In this document: in pieces, positions 54,024 through 61,759 of the stretch
Position numbering within the stretch: position 1 is the stretch's first letter
Layout of the letters: every line of letters starts with the position of its first letter
Assembly: GCA_014381165.1 (NCBI GenBank)
Contig: JACMIM010000574.1
Coordinates: 1-61,759 of the forward strand
Source of the DNA: Roseiflexaceae bacterium
GTDB lineage: Bacteria > Chloroflexota > Chloroflexia > Chloroflexales > Roseiflexaceae
Direction: 5' to 3'
Length of the DNA: 61,759 nt
Position numbers and translations under genes: made by a program
Notes under the pieces: model-generated
Databases searched by the model: none
What the model was told of the DNA's origin: nothing
The model's input: the letters and a program-made list of their open reading frames with translations, nothing else

Positions 54024-55069
54024 CCAAGCGCGCATCGCTCCGCGACAGATCGCCGATGCCAGCCACCGCGCCCCGCGCCACCGACACCACGCTCATGGGC
54101 GAGGAACGGACGCGCCAGGAAGTGGTCGAGCTGCGAATCAGCGAAATCATGCCGAACCGCAAACAGCCGCGCACGAATTTTGATGCAGACAGCCTGGCAG
54201 AGTTGGCGGCGTCCATCCGCGAACACGGCGTCATCCAGCCGATCATCGTGCGCGCTGTCCCGCTCACTGCATACGAAGGCAAGGGGCGGCGCTATGAACT
54301 TGTCGCCGGCGAGCGCAGGTGGCGCGCCAGCGACAAGGCCGGCATGACCACGATCCCAGCGCTTGTACGGGCCGATGACACCGACGATGTGGCGATGGTC
54401 GAGCTGGCGATCATTGAAAACCTACAGCGTGAAGATTTGCACCCGCTCGATGAAGCCATGGCGTTGGGGCGATTGCGAACTGACCTTGGCTACAGCTACA
54501 CGGAGATCGCCGACCGCATCGGCAAGAGCAAAGGCTATGTGCAGAACCGCCTGCGCCTGCTACAGCTCCCGGAGGATTTGCAGCAGCTGATCGCCGAGCG
54601 GCCTGATACCATCCGCCACGTTGCCGATATCGCACGCATCGAGGACGCCAACCGCCGAGCTTCACTGATTGCTGCTGTACGTGATCAAGGCCTTTCACGA
54701 ACACAAACCCGCGAGCGCGTCGAAAGCCTGCTCAAGCCCACCGCGCCCCTGCCAGAGGCTGAAGGATACAAGCAATCGTATTCCCAGGAATACGATGGTG
54801 ATAATAATCACAAAGAACAACCGGGGGCGCAACTGCAAAAATCGTATGTCCAGACATACGATAGTGATAATAATCACAAACAACCGCGCGACGCAACTGA
54901 GCGTGGACAGCTCAATGGGCGCGAGCGAGCGACACTCAGCGGCATCGCTGTTCGCATCTCGGGCTGGGTCGAAGACCCCTCGCAGCTCTCAACCGAGGAC
55001 TGGGCGGCACTGGAGCCACTGGCCCGGCGGCTCGGCGATTTGATGAAAGCGCTGTATCAGAAAAAGTAA
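54020..55069 (+). CDS. parB: ParB/Spo0J partition protein
   Basis: ISEIMPNRKQPRTNFDADSLAELAASIREHGVIQPIIVR, GERRWRAS and the HTH region YSYTEIADRIGKSKGYVQNRLRLL are present. The start overlaps the parA stop (ATGA). Confidence 0.85.
   Translation: MTKRASLRDRSPMPATAPRATDTTLMGEERTRQEVVELRISEIMPNRKQPRTNFDADSLAELAASIREHGVIQPIIVRAVPLTAYEGKGRRYELVAGERRWRASDKAGMTTIPALVRADDTDDVAMVELAIIENLQREDLHPLDEAMALGRLRTDLGYSYTEIADRIGKSKGYVQNRLRLLQLPEDLQQLIAERPDTIRHVADIARIEDANRRASLIAAVRDQGLSRTQTRERVESLLKPTAPLPEAEGYKQSYSQEYDGDNNHKEQPGAQLQKSYVQTYDSDNNHKQPRDATERGQLNGRERATLSGIAVRISGWVEDPSQLSTEDWAALEPLARRLGDLMKALYQKK
54775..54904 (+). repeat. Tandem ~66-bp duplication inside parB, each unit carrying two palindromes
   Basis: CGTATTCC-CA-GGAATACG (54777-54794) pairs with CGTATGTC-CA-GACATACG (54843-54860). 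GTGATAATAATCAC occurs at 54798-54811 and 54864-54877. Confidence 0.8.
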
Positions 55070-55272
55070 CATACGCACAAAATCGTCGCCACAGTCTCGA
55101 CGGTGCGCTGGTAGCTCCACAGGTTGCCTGCTAACTGCACGGCGTACATCTGCCCGATCTGTGCTGCTTTAACCAGGCTCCGATTGGATACCCCCACACA
55201 CACGTCATGCGGGCGGTTGCGCCCCGCACGATCTACAAGAACTTCCCTCCTTGTCATTTAGCTTATGCGTAT

Positions 55273-55294
55273 GGGGGTATCATATGATACCCCC
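55273..55294. promoter_or_regulatory. Perfect 22-bp palindrome GGGGGTATCATATGATACCCCC (candidate operator)
   Basis: It lies about 20 nt upstream of the antirepressor start, in a divergent intergenic region. Confidence 0.4.
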
Positions 55295-55313
55295 TTTGTG
55301 AAAGGTGAAGTCT

Positions 55314-56123
55314 ATGAGTGTGATACTTCCTCAACGTGTAGTGCCGTTCTATGGCGATGACATCAATGCTGTTCAGCAGGTCGACGGGGCGATCTATGTG
55401 TTGTTTGCGCGCCTCTGTGAGAATCTAGGCGTTGCTCGTAATATGCAAGTTCGCCGGATGCAAACACACGACGTTTTGCGCGAAGGGCTTGTTGCTATCA
55501 CCGTGCAAACAGAAGGTGGCCCCCAGGACGCGCAGTGCCTGCGGCTTGATTTGCTCCCGCTCTGGCTCACCAGCATTCAAGCAGGGCGCGTCAAGCCAGA
55601 AGTACGTGAGAAACTGCTTCGTTACCAGCGGGAAGCTGCTGCCGTGCTATGGCAAGCCTTCAAACCACAAATTCTTGTAATGGATGCCGGTGATGAGTTA
55701 GCACCATCAACTGATGCCGAGCTTGTTCAGCTACAGCAGATCGTTGATATGGGCCGCGCGATCACGCAGATGGCCCAGGAACAGATCGAACAGCGCCGCC
55801 GCATGGACAGTGCCGCCCGCTTGGTGAGAGGGCTGCAAACTGATGTCGTCGACATCCAAGTGCGCCTGGGCGTCCTTGAAGACAAGGTCAACCCAGCGAC
55901 CTACATCACTGATGTCCAAGCCGCCGAAGTATCTGGCAAGGTCAAAGCACTGGCCGAGTGGCTGACCAAACGTGACCCGTCGAAGAACCACTATCAGGGT
56001 ATTTACACCGAACTCTACCGCCGCTTTAATGTGTCTGGTTACAAGTTTCTTCGACATGAGCAGTACGAAGACGTGGTCACGTTCTTGGATGCGTGGCGTG
56101 CGGCGGGTGAAAGTGGCGCGTAG
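55314..56123 (+). CDS. Phage-type antirepressor-like protein (P22_AR N-terminal-like plus ORF6C-like)
   Basis: VVPFYGDDINAVQQVDGAIYVLFARLCENLGVARNMQVRRMQ...LPLWLTSI...LLRYQREAAAVLWQAF follows the antirepressor N-domain pattern. ATG 55314 is preceded by AAAGGTGA. Confidence 0.6.
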   Translation: MSVILPQRVVPFYGDDINAVQQVDGAIYVLFARLCENLGVARNMQVRRMQTHDVLREGLVAITVQTEGGPQDAQCLRLDLLPLWLTSIQAGRVKPEVREKLLRYQREAAAVLWQAFKPQILVMDAGDELAPSTDAELVQLQQIVDMGRAITQMAQEQIEQRRRMDSAARLVRGLQTDVVDIQVRLGVLEDKVNPATYITDVQAAEVSGKVKALAEWLTKRDPSKNHYQGIYTELYRRFNVSGYKFLRHEQYEDVVTFLDAWRAAGESGA

Positions 56124-56140
56124 CTGCTACTTTCACGAGG

Positions 56141-56185
56141 CCCTCACCCCAGCCCGCTCCCACCGGGAGCGGGCTGGGGGGAGGG
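56141..56185. terminator. GC-rich hairpin between convergent genes (candidate bidirectional terminator)
   Basis: CCCCAGCCCGCTCCC-ACC-GGGAGCGGGCTGGGG has flanking CCCT/AGGG extensions. It lies 18 nt after the 56123 stop and 46 nt after the 56231 stop. Confidence 0.5.
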
Positions 56186-56230
56186 TGCAGGAGTGGATCA
56201 ATGTCTTTGATCTTCGCTGGAGCCGCTGGT

Positions 56231-57967
56231 TTAGCGTACTTGAAGATTGCCGTGTGTGACGGTCGCGTAGCGGATGACTTCTGTGGTTACGACGGGCCGA
56301 AACTGCTCGAGCAGCCAGTCCGCGTTGGCGTCGGCCGTGTGATTGCGCGCGACCTCGAGCCATGCAACCTTGTAGCGTGTGTCGACATACTCGCTATCAT
56401 TGTGCCGGGCGAACGGAAAGCGGCTCGGATACCGGTCGACCTCGGCAGTACGGTGAATTGCGCGCTGGTAGCGCTGATCCTGATACAGATCGGTTCCGTT
56501 ATTGTAGGCGATCTCGGCGGCGATGGTCAGCGGCTGCATGGCGTAATTGGTGTAGTGCAACCCGGTGTCCCCCGAACAATTGTTGCGCCGCCCCTCGATC
56601 GGCAGGTTCCCCTGGTCGTCGATCTGAATGCTGACGTTGCTGCGCCATTTCTGGACGCTTTCGGCATACAGCTGCGTGTCCGCCGTAAACACGCCAATCG
56701 ACATCGCAAGGACCGTTCCCCAGTCCGACCAGTTGTTGGTCAGCTGCACCCCGGACTTGTAGCCGCAGCCCACGCGCGACACCGTGTTCATGCTGCTGCC
56801 CTGGAGCGCGGTGGTCTTGAGGAATGTGACGAAGCGCTGATCGATCGCCGTGGTGTACGGTGGCGCGCCGCGCAGCAGATCGGCGGCGAAGATCATGCTC
56901 GGGAAGTGGTAGCTGAAGACCAGGGTCGTATCATCCCGCGTGTCCATTTTCGTTAACGTGGTACTCCAGGCGCTGATAACGCGCGCACCCGCCTGGGCAA
57001 AGCTTTCATTCCCCGTGATGCGATAGCACAGCGCCAGGGCGTAGGCGTTATTCGAGTCGTTTTTCACCGCCTCCTTGGCGCGGCCGTGCCCATCGGGGTT
57101 CTCATAGAAGGGTGGGACGTAAAGTGTACGTGGTGGGTTGGGAGCCGTGCGCATGGCATTGTTGCACTCGTACAGCAGCCGTTCATAGGCCGCGTAGTTT
57201 GGCGCACGCCGATCGCTGACCGCCTGGCGGATGGCCTGAACCCGCGCCGTAGAAATGAACACGCCGGTAGAATTGAACACGCTGGTAGCGTTGCCCGCTG
57301 ACGCGCTGAGCGGGAGATACGTCTTGTGTGCGGTTAGCCCCGGCGCTGCCGCATTTCCCACTGCAACCTCGACGCTGCCGAGCGGATAGCTGCCATCGGG
57401 CTGGACACTGACAATCACCAGCGCTAGTGGGCTGCGTTCACCGGCTGGATCGCGCACCAGCACGCTGAGGGTATACGAACCCGCGCCAACCTCTGGGCTT
57501 AACCAAAATTCGTCGGATACGGAGGACGCATCAGCGAGCAACACGTCAGGCAGATTCGCCGCCGAGACGAATTCAACGGCCACACTGGTGTCGCTGTTGC
57601 GAAGTTGATACACAACCTCCCAGCGGCTGTCGAGTGGTGCTCCATCATCCGACCACGTCGACGCAATAGTGAGTGGCATGCCAATAGCCAACACAGCCGG
57701 AATCTCCAACGTTTGAAGGGCAACGCGTGGTTCAGACGTGGTGCGAGTGGTCTCTCCTGCTGTATCCAATACGAGTGGCGTCGGGGTAAACCTCAGAATA
57801 GACTCAGAAGAAGCATGAGCTTGTGGCTGTAGGAGCAAGGACAGTAGTGTGATGAGTAGGCTGCTAAGTACCATGACTTTGCGGGGCAGCGTAAAACCAT
57901 CCCCGTCCGCAACCAAAATGTGTGGCATGTTGTTGATTACTCCCTGTGCGTAAACCTGTCTGTCCAC
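56231..57967 (-). CDS. Secreted alginate-lyase-family (polysaccharide lyase) protein
   Basis: The signal peptide is VMVLSSLLITLLSLLLQPQAHA. NAYALALCYRITGNESFAQAGARVISAW and LTNNWSDWG fit the alginate_lyase family pattern. The start is uncertain. Confidence 0.6.
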   Translation of the reverse strand: MDRQVYAQGVINNMPHILVADGDGFTLPRKVMVLSSLLITLLSLLLQPQAHASSESILRFTPTPLVLDTAGETTRTTSEPRVALQTLEIPAVLAIGMPLTIASTWSDDGAPLDSRWEVVYQLRNSDTSVAVEFVSAANLPDVLLADASSVSDEFWLSPEVGAGSYTLSVLVRDPAGERSPLALVIVSVQPDGSYPLGSVEVAVGNAAAPGLTAHKTYLPLSASAGNATSVFNSTGVFISTARVQAIRQAVSDRRAPNYAAYERLLYECNNAMRTAPNPPRTLYVPPFYENPDGHGRAKEAVKNDSNNAYALALCYRITGNESFAQAGARVISAWSTTLTKMDTRDDTTLVFSYHFPSMIFAADLLRGAPPYTTAIDQRFVTFLKTTALQGSSMNTVSRVGCGYKSGVQLTNNWSDWGTVLAMSIGVFTADTQLYAESVQKWRSNVSIQIDDQGNLPIEGRRNNCSGDTGLHYTNYAMQPLTIAAEIAYNNGTDLYQDQRYQRAIHRTAEVDRYPSRFPFARHNDSEYVDTRYKVAWLEVARNHTADANADWLLEQFRPVVTTEVIRYATVTHGNLQVR

Positions 57968-58261
57968 TCCTGCGTTCAGCAGTTATGAGCGTTCGTCACA
58001 TGATTTTTACCATATATTCACTATTTTCGTCTAGGAACATATGCTCATTCTATGGTCGCGCTGCTTCGTCCTGTAGCTAGATGTCTTCCTAACCACGAGT
58101 TACGGCCTACAACAACATGTAGAATGCTGACACTATCTCAACAATGCATGACAGTTTGTCCCATATATGTGTGGAGCGATGGCAATTCAGCTGTACCCAA
58201 AAAAGTGACGCACGCAGAACCGGGAGGTCATGATGACCTCCCCATACGTATAAATCTAAAG

Positions 58262-58328
58262 GCGAAGAAAGCTTAGGGTGTATCGTGAGGAGAGCTAGAC
58301 TCCACGATACACCCTAAGCTTTCTTCGC
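58262..58328. terminator. Perfect 26-bp-stem hairpin downstream of the PKD/malectin gene
   Basis: The sequence is GCGAAGAAAGCTTAGGGTGTATCGTG-N15-CACGATACACCCTAAGCTTTCTTCGC. It lies 38 nt after the stop at 58366. Confidence 0.5.
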
Positions 58329-58365
58329 GGATGATGCCACGCGTTCGTGGGCGTCTCACAACCAG

Positions 58366-61300
58366 CTAGATATTCTCGCCAGTCACAAGTGGCAATGACA
58401 ACCGGAATGTGCCAGGCGCTACCACCGGCGTGTCGATAACCCGTACCTGCACCTCATCGACTGCGCTCGTTACGCCAAAGTTATCGGTGACTACAAGCTG
58501 GAAGGCAAGTGTAGCTGGCTGGCTAGGTGTCACGAAGGTTGGTTGAGCAGTGCTGCTGCTGCTCAACGTCACGGCTGGCCCTGCGGTCTGCTGCCAGCTA
58601 TAAGTGAGCGCGCCGCCCTCGGCATCGCTGCTGCCCGCGCCATTGAGGACAGCAGTGCCACCAGCTGCTACGGTCTGGTCGAGCCCAGCGTTTGCTGTCG
58701 GTGCCTGGTTCTCTGCTGGTGGCGCATCGACGATCGTGATCACGATGCTATCAGCGCCACTCAGGCCGCGCGCATCGGTGGTTGTGAATGTGAAGATGTA
58801 CGAACCCGTGCTGGTCGCGGTGAATGTGCGCAGGGCATCGCCCTCGTTGCCCCCTAGCGACACGCTCGGCCCGGCTGTCTGCTGCCAACGATACGTCAAT
58901 GCGTCGCCGTCGGGGTCGCTGCCGCTGCCGGTCAATGTGATGAGAATGCCTGCAAGAGCCGTCTGATTTTGCCCAGCCTCTGCGGTCGGCGGGTTGTTGG
59001 GCGGCAATGTCGTATCGTTGACAGTAATGACAATAGTGTCGCTCCCGCTCAACGCGCCCGTATCGGTCGTGGTCAGGTTGAAGATGTAGGAGCCGGGATT
59101 ATTCGGCGTGAAGGTACGTACCGCAGCGGCGTCGCTGCCTCCAAGTGTCGCCGCTGGCCCACCTGTTTGCTCCCAACGGTACGTCAGTGTGTCGCCGTCG
59201 GGGTCGCTCCCGCTGCCAGTCAGCGTCACTTGCGTGCCTACGGTTGCCACCTGATCGGGCCCAGCGTTTGCTGTCGGCGCGTTGTTCTCTGGCGTTGCCT
59301 TGGGCGCGCGCAGAACCTCGATCGCAGCAAGCGAGACGTAGTCCTTCACGGCTTGCAGGCTAATCGTCAGCTTGCCATCGGTGACAGCCACGCCATCGAT
59401 TGGTACGACGACCGCCCTGTTTGCGCCACCTGCGGCCAGAAAGATGTCGAACTGATCGAAGACCCGTGTGCCCTCGACATCAATATTGAATGTGCGGCTG
59501 CCGCCCCCGCCATTGCCACCACCGGGCGCGCCCCAGAACAGTTCCGCGAAGTGCAGCCGAACGTTTGTCACAACCCGCGCGGTGCCGGGCAGGCCGAGTT
59601 GGCTGTTGATCGGAATCTCGAATGTGATCGCCTTCGGTTCAGCCGTCACTCGACCACGGTAATCCTGGTAGATCGCATCGTCGTTGGTGTTTTCAATTGC
59701 TGCTGCGGTTGGGCGCTTTTCGCGCGGCGCGTTTGGCGTAAACAGTTTTGGTGGGCCATCGTCGGTTTTCCACTCGCCGCTTGCCGTCGTTACCGTCGGG
59801 CCGCCGACGTTGTAGCGGAACGCAAAGTCCGGCACGGCAGGTTGCACGGTAACGACGGTCTGCGCGGTGGCTGAACCAGCGGCATTTCTGGCCGTCAGCG
59901 TGACCGTGTAGGTTCCGAGCGCTGTGTAGATGTGCTTGATCACCGGCCCGCCGTTCACCGGTGCCGTGCCATCGCCAAAGTTCCATTCATACGAAATTGG
60001 CGCAGCGCCGCCCTGCATGCTCGCGCTGATCCTGGTGGCATCGCCAAGCTCCACTGGCGAGGCGGCATTGACCGTCAGTCTGGTGATCGGCTCATCGCCG
60101 ACAACGATCTCCACCGTGTCGGAAGCAGATCGGCCTTGGCCATCACTTGCTGCAAAGGCGAAGGTCAGCACCTTGTAGGTGTTTGGCGCGGTGAATGTGC
60201 GGCTGTTACCGCTGCCGCCGAGGACAACTTGCGGCGTGCCGGAAACCTGCTCCCAGCTCCCTGTGAGCGCTGTGCCACTCACGTCGGTGGCCGTGCCATT
60301 CAGCGTCACCTGGGCGTTGACTGGCACCTTCTGGTCGGGGCCGGCATTCACAAGCGGCAGGTCGACCTCTGGCTGTGCTGGAGTGATGGCGAAGCGATCG
60401 AAGACCACGCTGATCTCGCTAGCACTCTTGTGCAGCGCGAGAACACAACCCTTGGTTTGGAGGTCGAAGAAGCGTGCGCGGGTTGTGCCGTCCAGCGTCA
60501 CGGGCGTGGGCAGCTTCACCAGAATGCCGCCGTTGATCCGGTATGCCGCTTCTACCTTGCCGGTGGCTGCATCGGCGGTCATTTGCAGGTCAAGTGTCGT
60601 GACCGTCTGCGGGCTGGTGATCGAAACCAGTTCGCCGATCTGGGTAGACGTGTTCGATACTTCCTGTGTCCATTGAATCCATGGCTTGCCGGGGTCGTTG
60701 CCGTCGATTTGCACACCCGCCGTCAGCTTGAGGAAATTGCCCTGGTTTGGGCCAAACATGACGCCGCCCTGCTGAAAGGCTTTGGTGAAGCTAGTAAGTG
60801 GCCCAATCAGCCGCGTGCTCACGACGAATTTGCCGCTACGACCATCAAATGGGCTACACAGTCCGTTAACCAAGCTGTTATCAGTGCCAGTATTGCTGCC
60901 AGTGCTCGTCCTGATCGTCAGTGTGCCCTGTCCAGCGGTATCGAGGTTCAACAGGTTGGCGTTGTAGGAGCTGGTTGGCGCATTCTGGGGCGTAGTGGTA
61001 TCGCTTTTGTTGCGCTGTGTTTCGGGAAAACCAATCGTCTCGCCATCCTTGTCGGTCAACGTGCCAGGATAACTGCTTTTATCGAACTCCAGCACCAGAT
61101 TCGGCGAGCCAGGCTGAGCGGCAGGCTTGTTTACATCGGCTCCCGGACGGGTTGGCCGAATGTTGGTGATCACATACACATTGTCCTGATAGTCGAAGTT
61201 TGTTTGGCCTGTATCGACATAATCCTGACCAACAAGATATGTGTTTGGAATCAGTGCGCCGCTGCGGTCGCGGGCTGCCCAGAAGCGCACCCCTGGCACC

Positions 61301-61759
61301 TCGTTTGGACGATCGCTGCTATAACCACCTACACCCACCGAGAAGGCTGAAGTAGGATTGACGGTCATCTCAGTTGGCGCGCTAGGTGGTTCTGTTGAGT
61401 TGCTGAGCGGCAAGAACGACTGAAACTGCTGTATACCATGCCCGATGCTACCACCACCAGGGCCACCAATGCGAACGGATGTGACACTACCGCCGCCTGA
61501 AAGCGCGGCGAGTTGGCGCACATATACCGGCTGACTCGCGTCGGCACGCGTCCATTTTGCCGAGATCACTTCATCGCCAACGGCAAAGTTACCAGGAATA
61601 AAAATTCCCATCGAATCTTTGGCTGGCGTCAAGCTTTGCTTTTCACCTGGGTTGAGAACGTTCGTGCGGTAGCCGAATGTGTCAAATATCTCTTGCAACG
61701 AAGGCTCATTGTTGCCACCGTTATCGAGCATGTTGAAGCCAGCAAGCTGAACCGGCAGC
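58366..61759 (-). CDS. Very large secreted protein with PKD-type repeats and a malectin-like domain; 5' end lies outside the window
   Basis: The frame is open to the window end. Four repeats follow APTANAGxDQ...VTL.GSGS.DP(D/E)G..LTY.W.QT.GP. The malectin-like segment is FRYNVGGPTVTTASGEWKTDD. Confidence 0.75.
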   Translation of the reverse strand, partial: LPVQLAGFNMLDNGGNNEPSLQEIFDTFGYRTNVLNPGEKQSLTPAKDSMGIFIPGNFAVGDEVISAKWTRADASQPVYVRQLAALSGGGSVTSVRIGGPGGGSIGHGIQQFQSFLPLSNSTEPPSAPTEMTVNPTSAFSVGVGGYSSDRPNEVPGVRFWAARDRSGALIPNTYLVGQDYVDTGQTNFDYQDNVYVITNIRPTRPGADVNKPAAQPGSPNLVLEFDKSSYPGTLTDKDGETIGFPETQRNKSDTTTPQNAPTSSYNANLLNLDTAGQGTLTIRTSTGSNTGTDNSLVNGLCSPFDGRSGKFVVSTRLIGPLTSFTKAFQQGGVMFGPNQGNFLKLTAGVQIDGNDPGKPWIQWTQEVSNTSTQIGELVSITSPQTVTTLDLQMTADAATGKVEAAYRINGGILVKLPTPVTLDGTTRARFFDLQTKGCVLALHKSASEISVVFDRFAITPAQPEVDLPLVNAGPDQKVPVNAQVTLNGTATDVSGTALTGSWEQVSGTPQVVLGGSGNSRTFTAPNTYKVLTFAFAASDGQGRSASDTVEIVVGDEPITRLTVNAASPVELGDATRISASMQGGAAPISYEWNFGDGTAPVNGGPVIKHIYTALGTYTVTLTARNAAGSATAQTVVTVQPAVPDFAFRYNVGGPTVTTASGEWKTDDGPPKLFTPNAPREKRPTAAAIENTNDDAIYQDYRGRVTAEPKAITFEIPINSQLGLPGTARVVTNVRLHFAELFWGAPGGGNGGGGSRTFNIDVEGTRVFDQFDIFLAAGGANRAVVVPIDGVAVTDGKLTISLQAVKDYVSLAAIEVLRAPKATPENNAPTANAGPDQVATVGTQVTLTGSGSDPDGDTLTYRWEQTGGPAATLGGSDAAAVRTFTPNNPGSYIFNLTTTDTGALSGSDTIVITVNDTTLPPNNPPTAEAGQNQTALAGILITLTGSGSDPDGDALTYRWQQTAGPSVSLGGNEGDALRTFTATSTGSYIFTFTTTDARGLSGADSIVITIVDAPPAENQAPTANAGLDQTVAAGGTAVLNGAGSSDAEGGALTYSWQQTAGPAVTLSSSSTAQPTFVTPSQPATLAFQLVVTDNFGVTSAVDEVQVRVIDTPVVAPGTFRLSLPLVTGENI

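Noticed and set aside
53000-55300. A canonical chromosomal parS site (TGTTNCACGTGAAACA)
   Set aside because: I found none by eye in or around the par operon. The intragenic palindromes at 54777-54877 are the only centromere-like candidates.

Overview
This 61.8 kb window is GC-rich bacterial DNA. Its GC-rich palindromic intergenic motifs and gene content suggest a filamentous Chloroflexota-like organism, but that is a low-confidence inference. Five blocks are visible.

(1) 1-16.7 kb is a Wzx/Wzy-type polysaccharide locus. It holds a Wzy-like ligase, a flippase, four GT4 glycosyltransferases, two NAD-dependent epimerases and an initiating sugar transferase. A decayed IS5-family element, a decayed tyrosine recombinase and a heavily deleted copy of a polysaccharide-lyase gene interrupt it.

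(2) 17.2-19.8 kb is a mobile-element scar with two tyrosine recombinases and a truncated Tn3-family transposase.

(3) 19.8-42.6 kb holds 27 consecutive minus-strand genes, and appears by eye to have a higher GC content than the flanking DNA. It contains a gas-vesicle operon: gvpA, gvpN, gvpF, gvpG, gvpO, gvpJ, three more GvpF/L paralogs, a small GvpA-family gene and gvpK. Embedded in that operon are a CDC48-type AAA ATPase, an Hsp20, a GvpF/L-J-domain fusion and a terminal heme oxygenase. Upstream of the operon lie a PAS histidine kinase with two response regulators, a PduO-type cobalamin adenosyltransferase, and an MglA-like GTPase with three roadblock/LC7 proteins. Further upstream are a kinase lacking its phospho-His, a receiver lacking its phospho-Asp, a triple-repeat helical protein and a DICT-GAF protein ending in a CarH-type B12 light-sensing module. 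This block is the most interesting candidate system: a possible light-to-buoyancy and/or gliding signalling circuit.

(4) 43-47 kb holds an IS3 remnant, a WD40 lipoprotein and a large secreted Ig-like repeat protein.

(5) 47.5-56.1 kb is a plasmid/phage-like module. It has an ECF-type sigma factor, an AlbA_2/HATPase_c_4 regulator, an iteron array with a consensus DnaA box, an orphan candidate Rep, HTH-parA-parB and an antirepressor. It is followed by an alginate-lyase-family gene and a 5'-truncated PKD/malectin protein.

I recognised no rRNA, tRNA or CRISPR array. All family assignments come from reading motifs in the translations, and no searches were run.
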